From an uncultured Porphyromonas sp. (lineage in GTDB: Bacteria > Bacteroidota > Bacteroidia > Bacteroidales > Porphyromonadaceae): 33,291 bases of DNA. The DNA lies in the NCBI GenBank assembly GCA_945965245.1, contig CAMFNC010000110.1:1-33291 (forward strand), read 5' to 3'. A program made the position numbers and the translations under genes. Positions 20,400 through 29,623 of this stretch are shown in pieces. The notes under the pieces are model-generated. The model was not told the DNA's origin, did not search any database, and saw only the letters and a program-made list of their open reading frames with translations. Position 1 is the stretch's first letter. Each line of letters opens with the position of its first letter.

Positions 20400-21240
20400 C
20401 CATTTTCCGAAACAATGAGTTTTTACTTTCACAAATCACCATAAAGCGCAAATCACTGGTAAGGAATGCTTACGGCACAAATGCATCCGGAAAATCAAAT
20501 GTGCTGAAAGCTTTCGATTTTTATAAACGGTTCATCACAGACTCATTCAAGAATAGTCAGGTTGGAGACACAATAGGCATTGAGAATTTCAGATTAAATG
20601 CGACAAGCGTAAAAACTCCTGCTACTTTTTTTGAAGCAACTTTTACAGACGGCGAGTTTATTTTATAGGTATGGCTTCGAGGTGAATAACCATGCCATTC
20701 ACGAATAATGGCTATATAAACGTGCTTGTAAAAAGCGTGCCAAGGACGTAGAGCTGTTTTATCGTGATGGAGAAACCACTACGGTTCACCTCAAGAGCCA
20801 ACTGAAGCATGAATTGGTGAGTAAAAAAGGTACACAACAATGCGCTGTTGCTATTGACGGCTGTCCAGTTTAATGAGCCAACATCGGTCTGTATTCTACA
20901 ATGGCCAAGCGATACTTTGGTCGTATGGAGGTAAACAGTGTTTCTTTTGCATTCAACAGGAATGAGTCCGAAGGTACTATCAAGTACTTCTTACTCGCAT
21001 TTCCCATCATAGATGCTCTTGACTATGGAAAGCGCATTGTCACTGATGAACCAGACTCTAAACATCATCCGCCGCTCGTCAAAAGGATTGTTACTTTATT
21101 TAATAACGCTCGGACAAATCCGAAGGGTCACAACTTCTGTTTACAGCACACGATACCTTTCTGCTAAGTGTGAATCCTTTCGAGAAAGACTATTTGCTTG
21201 GAAAATATGGAGCTACTACAATCTTTGGTGATATAGAGAA
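20400..21240 (+). pseudogene. Degraded RloA/AbiLi-like ABC-type ATPase (AAA_21/AbiEii-like)
   Basis: Fragments in several frames: Walker A 'YGTNASGKSN', 'YRYGFEV', 'ELFYRDG', signature 'ESEGTIKYF', degenerate Walker B 'IVTDEPDS' and 'QLLFTAHDTFLL'. It has frameshifts, a stop and a large internal deletion. Boundaries are approximate. Confidence 0.8.
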
Positions 21241-21272
21241 AATCTTTAATCCTTCTTAACCACCACGACTGA

Positions 21273-21592
21273 ATGGCAAAAAGAGAGACCATCGGCCATC
21301 GCACCTCTCACGTCGTCAGGACGTGAGGGAAATTAAACAGTCGTTTCTCATCGTCTGTGAAAGAGAAAACACCAAACCTGATTATTTTAAGGTTTTCTGC
21401 ATGACAGCCACCACCATGAAAGCTGTTGATCAGGCTATGAACATCATGACACTTGTCAGCAAGGTGATAAGCATTCGTGAAGCTGACCAAAAGAGAAAAA
21501 GGACTTATGACCAATGTTGGGTAGTCTTTGACAAAAATAATTCCCCTGCACAAGGATTTTAATCAAACAATATAGCTTGCCGAGAAAAAAAG
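21273..21592 (+). pseudogene. Truncated RloB-like (TOPRIM-fold) protein
   Basis: 'FLIVCERENTKPDYF' (compare LIVCEGxxTExxYF) and 'YDQCWVVFDKN' (compare WxVFDxD). Frameshifted after the ATG at 21273, and the C-terminal half is missing. Confidence 0.8.
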
Positions 21593-21596
21593 CAAT

Positions 21597-21643
21597 AGAA
21601 AACTGGCAAATTTGTTTAATTACTGCAAATTTGTCAGTTTTCT
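21597..21643. terminator. Inverted repeat, probable bidirectional terminator
   Basis: AGAAAACTGGCAAATTTG / CAAATTTGTCAGTTTTCT (18 bp, one mismatch) between the convergent rloB remnant and the DUF6249-like gene. Confidence 0.65.
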
Positions 21644-21709
21644 TTACCAAAGCCAAGAATGTCAAACTTGGTATAAGAGAGGCATTTAGCGAAAAGCCAT
21701 TACAAGCAT

Positions 21710-22108
21710 TTATTTTTCCTTTTGCTCCTGTCGATAAAAGTAAATCGAAGGAATCAGCAACCCTAAACCACCAAAGAACAAGGTGCTGGCACCAATGGTA
21801 CATTGATACAAATCGTATCTATATTCATACCCCGAAGTTAACACTGTCCGAAATATATCCAATAAAACGAAACCGACAAACATTCCGAAAGCAATACCGA
21901 TTAACAACGAGGCTATCTTGATGGCAGTTTTGTGTCCCACGCGATGCTCTTTGGGAAAGAGCCGCTCGTTAATCATATTCACATCCGATATTTCGGAAAT
22001 GTGATCAATCAGTTTCAAGCGTTCGTTACGGCGAACAAATAGTTCGAAAATACGGTAAACCGTCCAAAAAACAATACCCACTACCAAGGGTGCAACCAAA
22101 TCATTCAT
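21710..22108 (-). CDS. Small three-TM membrane protein, DUF6249-like
   Basis: TM helix, then 'ELFVRRNERLKLID', then 'LLIGIAFG' and 'FFGGLGLLI'; divergent from the ECF sigma gene. Confidence 0.7.
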   Translation of the reverse strand: MNDLVAPLVVGIVFWTVYRIFELFVRRNERLKLIDHISEISDVNMINERLFPKEHRVGHKTAIKIASLLIGIAFGMFVGFVLLDIFRTVLTSGYEYRYDLYQCTIGASTLFFGGLGLLIPSIYFYRQEQKEK

Positions 22109-22151
22109 AAGTCAAATTATTATAAGTTAATGTTTTTATGTTTGTACTTTT

Positions 22152-22180
22152 TAGACGCGAAGCAGTATATTTGGTTACAC
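22152..22180 (-). promoter_or_regulatory. ECF sigma-type promoter for the DUF6249-like gene
   Basis: Minus strand reads GTGTAACCAA-N12-GCGTCTA, with an AAC-type -35 and a CGTC-type -10. Confidence 0.75.
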
Positions 22181-22210
22181 TTTCTTCGTAATTTTTTTTT
22201 GCCGCAGGAG

Positions 22211-22239
22211 GTGTAACCAATTCAATGGGTATGCGTCTA
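22211..22239 (+). promoter_or_regulatory. ECF sigma-type (autoregulatory) promoter for the sigma gene
   Basis: Plus strand reads GTGTAACCAA-N12-GCGTCTA, with the same boxes and spacing as the divergent copy. Confidence 0.75.
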
Positions 22240-22276
22240 TGTAAATAAAAGATATAAAAACAAACTTTCTTTAGGA

Positions 22277-22834
22277 ATGACAGACGGCCCATTTTCGGAC
22301 GAAGCGTGTGTTGCACGTGTGCAAGGTGGCGATAGCGAAGCCTTCGGGCTACTGGCCACCCGATACGGTTCTCGTCTGCACCGGTGGATTATACCAATTA
22401 CACAAGACAGTTCTGATGCCGAGGATGTGGTGCAGGAAGCCATGCTCAAGGCTTATCTGCATATCCAATCGTTTCATGGACAGAGTAGTTTTGCCACTTG
22501 GCTATACCGCATTGCCTATAACATGGCCATCAGTCGGCAACGCAAAGAGAATACTCGTCCGCCCAACATTCCTTTGGACGAGGCTTGGGCTGCCGATGAG
22601 CCGGATGAGCCGGATGATGCAGACTTCGATGGTTTTACGCCCGAAGACCTCAAGAAAGCTTTGCAACTTCTGCCCCCAAAAGACCGTGTTCTGCTCACGC
22701 TCTATTATGCCGAAGAACGGAGTGTGGCAGATTTGGTGCAAATCACCGGCATGAGTGCTTCGAACATCAAAGTCAGACTTTTCAGACTAAGAAACAAACT
22801 AAAAAAACTAATGACAAAGAATGAAACGAAATAA
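22277..22834 (+). CDS. ECF RNA polymerase sigma-70 factor
   Basis: Region 2 'DAEDVVQE..KAY...SSFATWLYRIAYN' and region 4 'LPPKDR..LYY...SNIKVRLFRLR'; 185 aa. Confidence 0.95.
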   Translation: MTDGPFSDEACVARVQGGDSEAFGLLATRYGSRLHRWIIPITQDSSDAEDVVQEAMLKAYLHIQSFHGQSSFATWLYRIAYNMAISRQRKENTRPPNIPLDEAWAADEPDEPDDADFDGFTPEDLKKALQLLPPKDRVLLTLYYAEERSVADLVQITGMSASNIKVRLFRLRNKLKKLMTKNETK

Positions 22835-23198
22835 CGCAACAAAATATCCGGAAAACAGCCTCCAAGACGAAAATCTGAAGAAGCTGTTTGATGGCATGCA
22901 TTCGGGCAAAACGAATGATGAACACGACCGATTCAATGGCATCATGCAACGCATTCGGGCTGCGGAGACTCGTCGTGCCCAACGCAATAAGTTTATCATC
23001 TTTGCTTTGATGTCTGTGCTGATAGTCTGTGCGCTGATACTCACCGCATGGGTCTTTTACCATTTCTTCATCAGTAAGCCCGAATTTATCCAAAGCATCA
23101 AGCCAAACTTCATCGGCATATTCATTCCAATGGTCTTTTTCTTCTACCTCATGTTGGAGCTTTGGCTCAGCCATCGCTTCCGCTCCCGAAAGAAATAA
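22821..23198 (+). CDS. Putative membrane anti-sigma factor
   Basis: Overlaps the sigma 3' end. A soluble N-terminus ('LKKLF...F...IMQRI') is followed by two TM helices. Confidence 0.6.
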   Translation: MKRNNATKYPENSLQDENLKKLFDGMHSGKTNDEHDRFNGIMQRIRAAETRRAQRNKFIIFALMSVLIVCALILTAWVFYHFFISKPEFIQSIKPNFIGIFIPMVFFFYLMLELWLSHRFRSRKK

Positions 23199-23215
23199 CC
23201 GCCCAATCGTCCATA

Positions 23216-23257
23216 AAAAATCTCCGAAGTCTTGCAAAGGGAACTTCGGAGATTTTT
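23216..23257. terminator. Bidirectional intrinsic terminator
   Basis: Perfect 15-bp inverted repeat AAAAATCTCCGAAGT/ACTTCGGAGATTTTT between convergent genes. Confidence 0.85.
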
Positions 23258-23284
23258 CTTTGTGGGTGTGCCTATGCACTGAAC

Positions 23285-24928
23285 CTATTTCACACGCAAG
23301 CGGTCACCAGTGGCACGAACAATATTTTCGTAGAAAGCTTGGTCATAACCGGGGAAGTTGGGCATGGCACTGAAACCATAACCATTGGTCTTGAACTGAC
23401 CGTTTTCTTCTTTCTTGAGATTGCCGTCCATATATTTTACCAGCAAATATTCGCCAAGGCGTTTCCAGCGTGCCACAGAGTTATCGGCAGTATTTACCGT
23501 ATAATCCGTGAGGAACGCACGAGCCTTAGCAGGGTCTTCCTTGAGCAGGCGCAGGGCTTCCTGATCTACCATGGCTTGCTGTTGGTCATACATGGTTTCC
23601 AGTGAAGTTTGCACGGGACGAATGTCGGCAATCATCGGTTCATAGCGGGCATAAGCCATATTGGCCACCCAGTTGTGAATCCAGAAAGCCGAAGTCCAAG
23701 AGAAGTGCATCAGATCGCCATTGCCCACTCGATAGCATTCGGGCACGCGGTTGATGCAGCCGTAAGTGGGAGTAAATACAGTCATATCCGCATCGTCCAC
23801 ACCGAACCACAGCACACCACCCACTTCATCGGGAAGCCAGCTGCGCAACTGAGCCACCAATACAAAACCGGTTTGCTGGGTGGCCACGGCACGTTCGTTC
23901 ACATACTCTGCTCCATCCACCTTGTAAGACATCGGACGCCAACGGTAAGGCACTTTATAAGGACCGGCACCGGGATCGTTAGTCATACAAAAAGGAGTAC
24001 CTTCAAAATGGTCGCGCATGGCATTGCGCACATCAGCCACAGACACTTTGCGATCGGGGATGATATAGAGAGGCATAGGTTCGCCGCCTTTGTTTTGGAG
24101 AAAAGGAATGTACTTGTCCATATCCTTACTGTACTTGCGGAAGAAGCTCCATACACGAGCCTCGCAGCCACGGAGACCACCTGCATCGTAAGGATTATAG
24201 GCAGCCTGAAAACTAAAATCCTTGTCCTTACCCTTGAACCAACCCATTTCACGAGCCAAGTTCACAACATCGGGTTCGTACATACAGTTCTCTTTATCGC
24301 CAAAAGGTATTTGCTGAATGCGAGCTTGATTGGCATGACCACTGATGGCATTATCGGGAATGCGGATTGCCACCCACACGGCACCTTTTTTCTTAGCACC
24401 CTTGCCAATCAATTCCATGATCCAAACTTCATTCTTATCTGCAATGGAAAAACTTTCGCCACTGCTGGCATAACCATATTCACGCACCAGGTCTGTCATC
24501 ACCTTGATAGCCTCACGAGCGGTTTTGGAGCGTTGCAGAGCCACATAAATCAAGCTACCGTAATCCATAATGCCATTGGCAGCTTCCAATTCGGGACGGC
24601 CTCCCCAAGTACTTTCGGTAATGGCCACCTGATATTCATTCATATTGCCCACCACCTGATAGGTTTGCCCCGGTTGGGAAATAAAGCCGAGTGGTTTATT
24701 GGAATCCCACTCGATAATCTGGTGCATAGTTCCTTTAGCCCATTTAGCGGCCGGCCAATAGAAAAGTTCACCATACAAAGTATGGGAGTCCGCAGCATAA
24801 CTGATAATAACAGAGCCGTCTGTCGATGCCTTTTTACCCACGATAAAATCGGTACAAGCCCATGAGTTCAACGGAGCCACAAACGCAGAGAGCATAAAAG
24901 CCAGCCTCAAAAATAGTTTCTTTTTCAT
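23285..24928 (-). CDS. Peptidase family C69 dipeptidase, exported
   Basis: Likely start MKKKLFL at 24928. The signal peptide is followed by the Ntn nucleophile 'A/CTDFIVGKKASTDGS', then NMNEYQV, LQRSKTAREAI and SGESFSIAD. Confidence 0.9.
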   Translation of the reverse strand: MKKKLFLRLAFMLSAFVAPLNSWACTDFIVGKKASTDGSVIISYAADSHTLYGELFYWPAAKWAKGTMHQIIEWDSNKPLGFISQPGQTYQVVGNMNEYQVAITESTWGGRPELEAANGIMDYGSLIYVALQRSKTAREAIKVMTDLVREYGYASSGESFSIADKNEVWIMELIGKGAKKKGAVWVAIRIPDNAISGHANQARIQQIPFGDKENCMYEPDVVNLAREMGWFKGKDKDFSFQAAYNPYDAGGLRGCEARVWSFFRKYSKDMDKYIPFLQNKGGEPMPLYIIPDRKVSVADVRNAMRDHFEGTPFCMTNDPGAGPYKVPYRWRPMSYKVDGAEYVNERAVATQQTGFVLVAQLRSWLPDEVGGVLWFGVDDADMTVFTPTYGCINRVPECYRVGNGDLMHFSWTSAFWIHNWVANMAYARYEPMIADIRPVQTSLETMYDQQQAMVDQEALRLLKEDPAKARAFLTDYTVNTADNSVARWKRLGEYLLVKYMDGNLKKEENGQFKTNGYGFSAMPNFPGYDQAFYENIVRATGDRLRVK

Positions 24929-24961
24929 CGATAAAAAATATTGAATTGCTTGAATAGAAAA

Positions 24962-25022
24962 TAAAAAAATCACAGAAACGGATAGCGTGCTTAATTAATA
25001 AGCTCCGCACACCGTTCTGTGA
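24962..25022 (-). terminator. Terminator-like hairpin after the DUF1015 gene
   Basis: Minus strand TCACAGAACGG...CCGTTTCTGTGA followed by TTTTTTTA. Confidence 0.55.
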
Positions 25023-25055
25023 CCTTTGATATAGTAATCCCCAAAAGGGATTGGA

Positions 25056-26303
25056 TTAGCTCAGCTTGTGGATAATCAGACCGGAGCGCAGTTTGGGTTC
25101 AAACCATGTAGTCTTCGGAGGCATGATATTGCCCGAGTCTGCAATATCGATAATCTGCTTCATGGTAACAGGATAGAGAGCCAAGGCCATTTTCATTTCA
25201 CCACTATCCACACGTTTCTTCAATTCGCCCAAACCACGAATACCGCCCACGAAGTCAATACGTTTGCTGGAACGGAGGTCTTCGATGCCCAATACATCAC
25301 GCAGAATGAGGTCACTACTGATGGTTACGTCCAAGATTCCGATGGGGTCGTTGTCATTATAAGTACCTTCTTTGGCTGTAAGTGAATACCATTCGCCAGC
25401 GAGGTAAAGCGAAAAATTGTGCAGTTTGGCAGGCTTGTAAATATCGTCACCTTTCTTTTCCACGTCGAAGTTCTTGCGCAGTTTTTCGAGAAATTCTTCT
25501 TCGCTCAATCCATTGAGGTCTTTTACCACACGATTGTAATCAATGATGGTCAGTTGATTGGCAGGGAAACAGACCGCCATGAAATAGTTATACTCTTCAT
25601 CACCACGGTGATTGGGATTGTTTTTGCGCTTTTCGGCACCTACAAGGGCAGCAGCGGCAGAGCGGTGGTGTCCATCGGCAATATACATGGCAGGCATGGC
25701 ACCAAAGAGTTCGGTGATACGCTTGATATCAGTGTCTTCATCAATTACCCACAAGGTGTGACCAAAGCCATCAAACTTGGCTACGAAATCATATTCGGGT
25801 TGCTTGGCGGTATATTTTGCCACAATGGCATCGACTTCACTATTATCGGGATAAGCAAAGAATACCGGTTCGATGTTAGCATCGTTTACACGAACATGCT
25901 TCATACGGTCTTCTTCTTTGTCACGGCGAGTCAGCTCGTGTTTCTTGATTACACCATTGAGGTAGTCATCCACATGAGCACCCACTACCAAACCATATTG
26001 CGTCTTGCCATTCATGGTCTGTGCATATACGTAGTAACATTCTTTGGCATCCTGCACCAACCACCCCTTTTCTTGGAACATGCGGAAGTTTTCGGCAGCC
26101 TTATCGTAAACCATCGGTTCGTGTTCATCGGTTCCCACGGGGAAGTCGATTTCCGGACGAATGATGTGATAAAGTGATTTTTCATTGCCTTTAGCCTCTT
26201 CACGTGCTTCGGCAGAACTTAATACGTCATACGGACGAGAGCAAACTTGCTCCACCAGATCTTTCGGGGGACGTACACCCTTAAATGGTTTAATGATAGC
26301 CAT
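25056..26303 (-). CDS. DUF1015 domain-containing protein
   Basis: MAIIKPFKG, PYDV, IKKHELT, YIADGHHRSAAA and MPPKTTWFEPKLRSGL motifs. Confidence 0.92.
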   Translation of the reverse strand: MAIIKPFKGVRPPKDLVEQVCSRPYDVLSSAEAREEAKGNEKSLYHIIRPEIDFPVGTDEHEPMVYDKAAENFRMFQEKGWLVQDAKECYYVYAQTMNGKTQYGLVVGAHVDDYLNGVIKKHELTRRDKEEDRMKHVRVNDANIEPVFFAYPDNSEVDAIVAKYTAKQPEYDFVAKFDGFGHTLWVIDEDTDIKRITELFGAMPAMYIADGHHRSAAAALVGAEKRKNNPNHRGDEEYNYFMAVCFPANQLTIIDYNRVVKDLNGLSEEEFLEKLRKNFDVEKKGDDIYKPAKLHNFSLYLAGEWYSLTAKEGTYNDNDPIGILDVTISSDLILRDVLGIEDLRSSKRIDFVGGIRGLGELKKRVDSGEMKMALALYPVTMKQIIDIADSGNIMPPKTTWFEPKLRSGLIIHKLS

Positions 26304-26327
26304 ATTCGTGAATTTGTTTGATTTTTA

Positions 26328-26383
26328 AGAAAAGAAAGCAGGCGGCTGGGGGCTTCGGTATCCGTTTACCCTCGATCGCCTGC
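26328..26383 (-). terminator. Terminator-like hairpin after serA
   Basis: Minus strand GCAGGCGA...CCGCCTGC followed by TTTCTTTTC. Confidence 0.5.
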
Positions 26384-26408
26384 CCTATTAGTTAATTGCC
26401 CGATCGGT

Positions 26409-27332
26409 TTATTTGTTTACGCGGAAGCGTTCGTCTCCTTTTTCGAAGAAAGACACAATTTGGTTGGCAGCAGCCAAACCTGCATTATTATTGGCTTCAG
26501 CAGTCTGAGCCCCCATCTTCTTGGGAGTAGAGAAGTAACGTTCGGGCAAAGCGGCCAACATAGCTTCGTGATTATCGGGCATAATATCTGTCATATACTG
26601 CAGATCTTCACGTTCTTGCAGAGCTTTCATCATACCGGCTTCATCAATAATTTCCTTACGAGCCGTATTCACAACGATACCACCCTTAGGCATTTTGCTA
26701 ACAAGTTCGTAGTTGATTGACTGACGAGTTTCGGCAGTGGCAGGAGCGTGCAGAGATACAATGTCGCTCTTTTCAAACAATTCTGCCACAGAAGCCACGG
26801 GTGTGCAACCGGCTTCTTCGATAGCCTTAGCAGGAACAAAAGCATCGTATGCCAATACTTCCATACCGAAACCTTTGGCAATGCGAGCCACATTGCGACC
26901 AACGTTACCAAAAGCCAAGATACCGATTTTCTTACCCATCAATTCAGAACCGGATTTGCCATTGAAACGGTTACGAACAGCGAATACCAGCAAGCCGAAT
27001 ACCAATTCTGCCACAGCGTTTGAGTTCTGTCCTGGAGTGTTCATTACGCATACGTTATGAGCAGTAGCGGCAGGTAGTTCCACATTATCGAAACCGGCAC
27101 CGGCACGTACCACAGTTTTCAGGTTCTTGGCTGCATCCAAAACTTCTGCATCCACTTTATCGCTACGGATGATGATGGCATCCACATCAGCCACAGCCTT
27201 CAGGAACTGAGCTTTTTCGGTATATTTTTCCAACATTACGGTTTCGTAACCGGCATTGTCCAATACGGACTTTATACCCTGAACGGCAGTTGCCGCAAAG
27301 GGTTTTTCTGTTGCAATCAGAACTTTCTTCAT
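26409..27332 (-). CDS. serA: D-3-phosphoglycerate dehydrogenase (short form, no ACT domain)
   Basis: RAGAGFDN, NTPGQNSNAVAE, Rossmann motif AFGNVG and NTAR. Lys in 'TPKKMGAQT' occupies the usual catalytic His region. Adjacent to serC. Confidence 0.85.
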   Translation of the reverse strand: MKKVLIATEKPFAATAVQGIKSVLDNAGYETVMLEKYTEKAQFLKAVADVDAIIIRSDKVDAEVLDAAKNLKTVVRAGAGFDNVELPAATAHNVCVMNTPGQNSNAVAELVFGLLVFAVRNRFNGKSGSELMGKKIGILAFGNVGRNVARIAKGFGMEVLAYDAFVPAKAIEEAGCTPVASVAELFEKSDIVSLHAPATAETRQSINYELVSKMPKGGIVVNTARKEIIDEAGMMKALQEREDLQYMTDIMPDNHEAMLAALPERYFSTPKKMGAQTAEANNNAGLAAANQIVSFFEKGDERFRVNK

Positions 27333-27370
27333 GATTTCAGCTTTATTTTCTTTTAATGATTTGCATATAC

Positions 27371-27422
27371 AAAATGAAAAATTGACCCGTGGACTGCGCT
27401 AGGCATTCTCTCCGAGTCAATT
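27371..27422 (-). terminator. Terminator-like hairpin after serC
   Basis: Minus strand AATTGACTCG...CGGGTCAATT followed by TTTCATTTT. Confidence 0.5.
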
Positions 27423-27514
27423 CTTGGATGTTTATTGACGTTTGAGGTTTGGCGTTATAGGCATGACTATGGTCATATTCATCCTAAAATCGCTTTTACC
27501 GTTTGTCGGGGGAA

Positions 27515-28582
27515 TTAGTGCTTACGCTCGAATTCGGTCATGCAATCAATGAGAGCTTTAACGCTTTCAATGGGCATAGCATTGTAAAGGCTGGCACGGA
27601 AACCACCCACAGAGCGGTGACCCTTGATGCCTACCATACCACGTTCGGTAGCAAAAGCAGCAAAATCAGCTTCGAGGTCTTTGTACTCATCATTCATCAC
27701 AAAGCAAACGTTCATTACAGAGCGGTCTTCGGTTGCCACGGTACCACGGAACAGTTTGTTGTTGTCGATAGCATCGTACAGAATAGCAGCACGTTCTTCG
27801 GCCAATTTCTGCATCACCTTAATACCTCCCATTTCTTTATACCACTTCAAGGTTTGAAGAGCCACATAAACGGGGAATACAGGAGGAGTATTGAACATAG
27901 AGTCCTTTTTGATGTGTGTATTGTAGTTCAACATCGTAGGCAGAGGACGATCCACCTGACCCAGAGCGTCACGACGAACCAATACGAATGTAGCACCGGC
28001 AGGAGCCAGATTCTTCTGAGCGCCACCATAAATCAGGTCATACTTAGACACATCCACGGGACGAGAGAAAATATCGGAAGACATATCAGCCACCAAACGA
28101 ACCTTGGTATCAGGATCTTTGCGGATTTCGGTACCATAGATGGTATTGTTGCTGGTGTAGTGAAAGTAATCCACATCTTCGGGAATAGTGTAATTTTTAG
28201 GGATGTAGGTAAAGTTTTTATCCTCAGAAGAGGCCACAACTTCTACTTCGCCAATCAACTTAGCTTCCTTGATGGCATTAGTGGACCAAGTACCGGTATT
28301 GAGATAAGCAGCTTTTTTCTTGAGCAAGTTCAGAGGAGCTTGATAGAATTGCAAGCTGGCACCACCACCCAGATAAATCAGTTCGTATCCTTCGGGAGCT
28401 TCAATCAACTCTTTGAACAAGTCACGAGCTTCTTGCATTACGGCTGAGAACTCTTTGCCACGATGAGAAACCTCAAGCAATGACAATTGTGTACCGGCAA
28501 AATCAAGGCAAGCCATAGCAGCATTCTTAATCACGTTGTCGTTCAGAATGCAAGGACCTGCAGAAAAATTGTGCTTTTTCAT
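27515..28582 (-). CDS. serC: Phosphoserine aminotransferase
   Basis: NFSAGP, EVSHR, ADMSS, PLP lysine in GAQKN, NTPP and [15 protein letters not shown]. Confidence 0.98.
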   Translation of the reverse strand: MKKHNFSAGPCILNDNVIKNAAMACLDFAGTQLSLLEVSHRGKEFSAVMQEARDLFKELIEAPEGYELIYLGGGASLQFYQAPLNLLKKKAAYLNTGTWSTNAIKEAKLIGEVEVVASSEDKNFTYIPKNYTIPEDVDYFHYTSNNTIYGTEIRKDPDTKVRLVADMSSDIFSRPVDVSKYDLIYGGAQKNLAPAGATFVLVRRDALGQVDRPLPTMLNYNTHIKKDSMFNTPPVFPVYVALQTLKWYKEMGGIKVMQKLAEERAAILYDAIDNNKLFRGTVATEDRSVMNVCFVMNDEYKDLEADFAAFATERGMVGIKGHRSVGGFRASLYNAMPIESVKALIDCMTEFERKH

Positions 28583-28668
28583 AGCAGAATAATTTTTTTG
28601 AAGTTATTAATTTTATTGACTAAATTTCTAATTTATTGTGGTTTAGCTTGTTTTCCACCAAACCAATG

Positions 28669-28699
28669 CAAAGGTATTAAACAAAACTTATATGGCAAA
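28669..28699 (-). promoter_or_regulatory. Bacteroidetes RpoD-type promoter for the serC operon
   Basis: On the minus strand: TTTG (28699-28696), 19-nt spacer, TACCTTTG (28676-28669). Confidence 0.7.
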
Positions 28700-28770
28700 G
28701 CCTTTATAGATAATTTTACCGCAGTCATCAAACCACCATACCGTCCATTTGTTTTTTCGATAGTTTCGAC

Positions 28771-29082
28771 CTATTTCTTGTTGTGGTCATATCTCCGGGC
28801 GTAGATTACCAGAAACAGCACACCACCCAAAACCACTATCAACATAATGTTTTCGTTTATCGCATCCAAACTCAACCACCGAAAAAGATAAAAACCAGCA
28901 ATAATGAGCGTGCCGATCAAAACAAGACCATTGCGAAGAAAAGTAGATAAACCTTCCACATCCACATTTTTCTTTTTGTCTTCCGGCATGGTATTATACC
29001 CAGCTATCACATCCGGAGCATATTTAACCAAGAATCCGCAACCAATCAGCAGTAATCCAATCAACCAAATAACAACGTCCAT
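28771..29082 (-). CDS. DUF3784-like small membrane protein
   Basis: Three TM helices with the 'IAGYNTMPEDKKKNVD' motif; TATCTTTG -7 element upstream (29123-29116). Confidence 0.75.
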   Translation of the reverse strand: MDVVIWLIGLLLIGCGFLVKYAPDVIAGYNTMPEDKKKNVDVEGLSTFLRNGLVLIGTLIIAGFYLFRWLSLDAINENIMLIVVLGGVLFLVIYARRYDHNKK

Positions 29083-29196
29083 ATGTATTCTGTTTTAAAG
29101 GTTATTTATCTGTTACAAAGATAAAGAATTATCCAGTATGGATCAACATCAGGCTCTCTCTTATCATAGGAAGCTTGATTAACCATTTGAATGCAA

Positions 29197-29526
29197 TCAT
29201 CGTTTTTTGAATTTTCCGCCTTTCAGGTCTCCCTGTTTCATACGTTCGTTGAATTTCTGCCAAAGTTTGTCGAGGAAGTAGGTGCAGCTATTATCCCTAC
29301 GACGTTTAATGTCAATATAGGCACTGAAGCAGTTCTTGGTTTCCACACCAAAGGTTCCGGAAAGGGTATCCGCTAATTCCTCCATGCCAATCTCTCCATC
29401 ATTGATGCAGTCACTAGTATTAAGGTCATAGAGCTATTCTTTCAAATCCAAAGTCTTACTCGTCCAATGAAACTTTTTGGTAGATTTGGGATATACAACA
29501 TGCATCTTCAGCAATTCTAACTCCAT
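29197..29526 (-). pseudogene. rteC: RteC-family regulator remnant
   Basis: Reading through an in-frame TAG (29436-29434) gives 'FHWTSKTLDLKE*LYDLNTSDCINDGEIGMEELA...FGV...YIDIKRR...TYFLDKL', the RteC C-terminal pattern. The N-terminus is missing or frameshifted. Confidence 0.8.
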
Positions 29527-29623
29527 GTCTATAATAAAAGCCTTTCCACCATATTTCTCACTACGGTTGTTGAATGCGTCTCAGGGGAAAAGCACTTCTA
29601 TGGACTTTCCATAATATTTTTAG

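Noticed and set aside
22171..22220. 10-bp inverted repeat as a Bacteroides-type invertible promoter
   Set aside because: Each arm is followed outward by an identically spaced GCGTCTA, which divergent ECF promoters explain better. The enclosed segment is only 30 bp and no invertase is nearby.
22595..22620. Short tandem repeat GATGAGCCG in the sigma gene
   Set aside because: It is an in-frame acidic linker (DEPDEPDD) with only two full copies, so there is no evidence for phase variation.
23609..24865. 418-aa plus-strand ORF
   Set aside because: It is antisense to the well-supported C69 peptidase and has no recognisable motifs; most likely a codon-bias shadow.
25419..28447. Plus-strand ORFs of 252 aa (25419-26177) and 314 aa (27503-28447)
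   Set aside because: They are antisense shadows of DUF1015 and serC.
29434..29436. In-frame TAG in rteC as stop-codon recoding
   Set aside because: The gene is also 5'-degraded, and TAG ends the intact etfB and DUF3784-like genes, so ordinary pseudogenisation is more likely.
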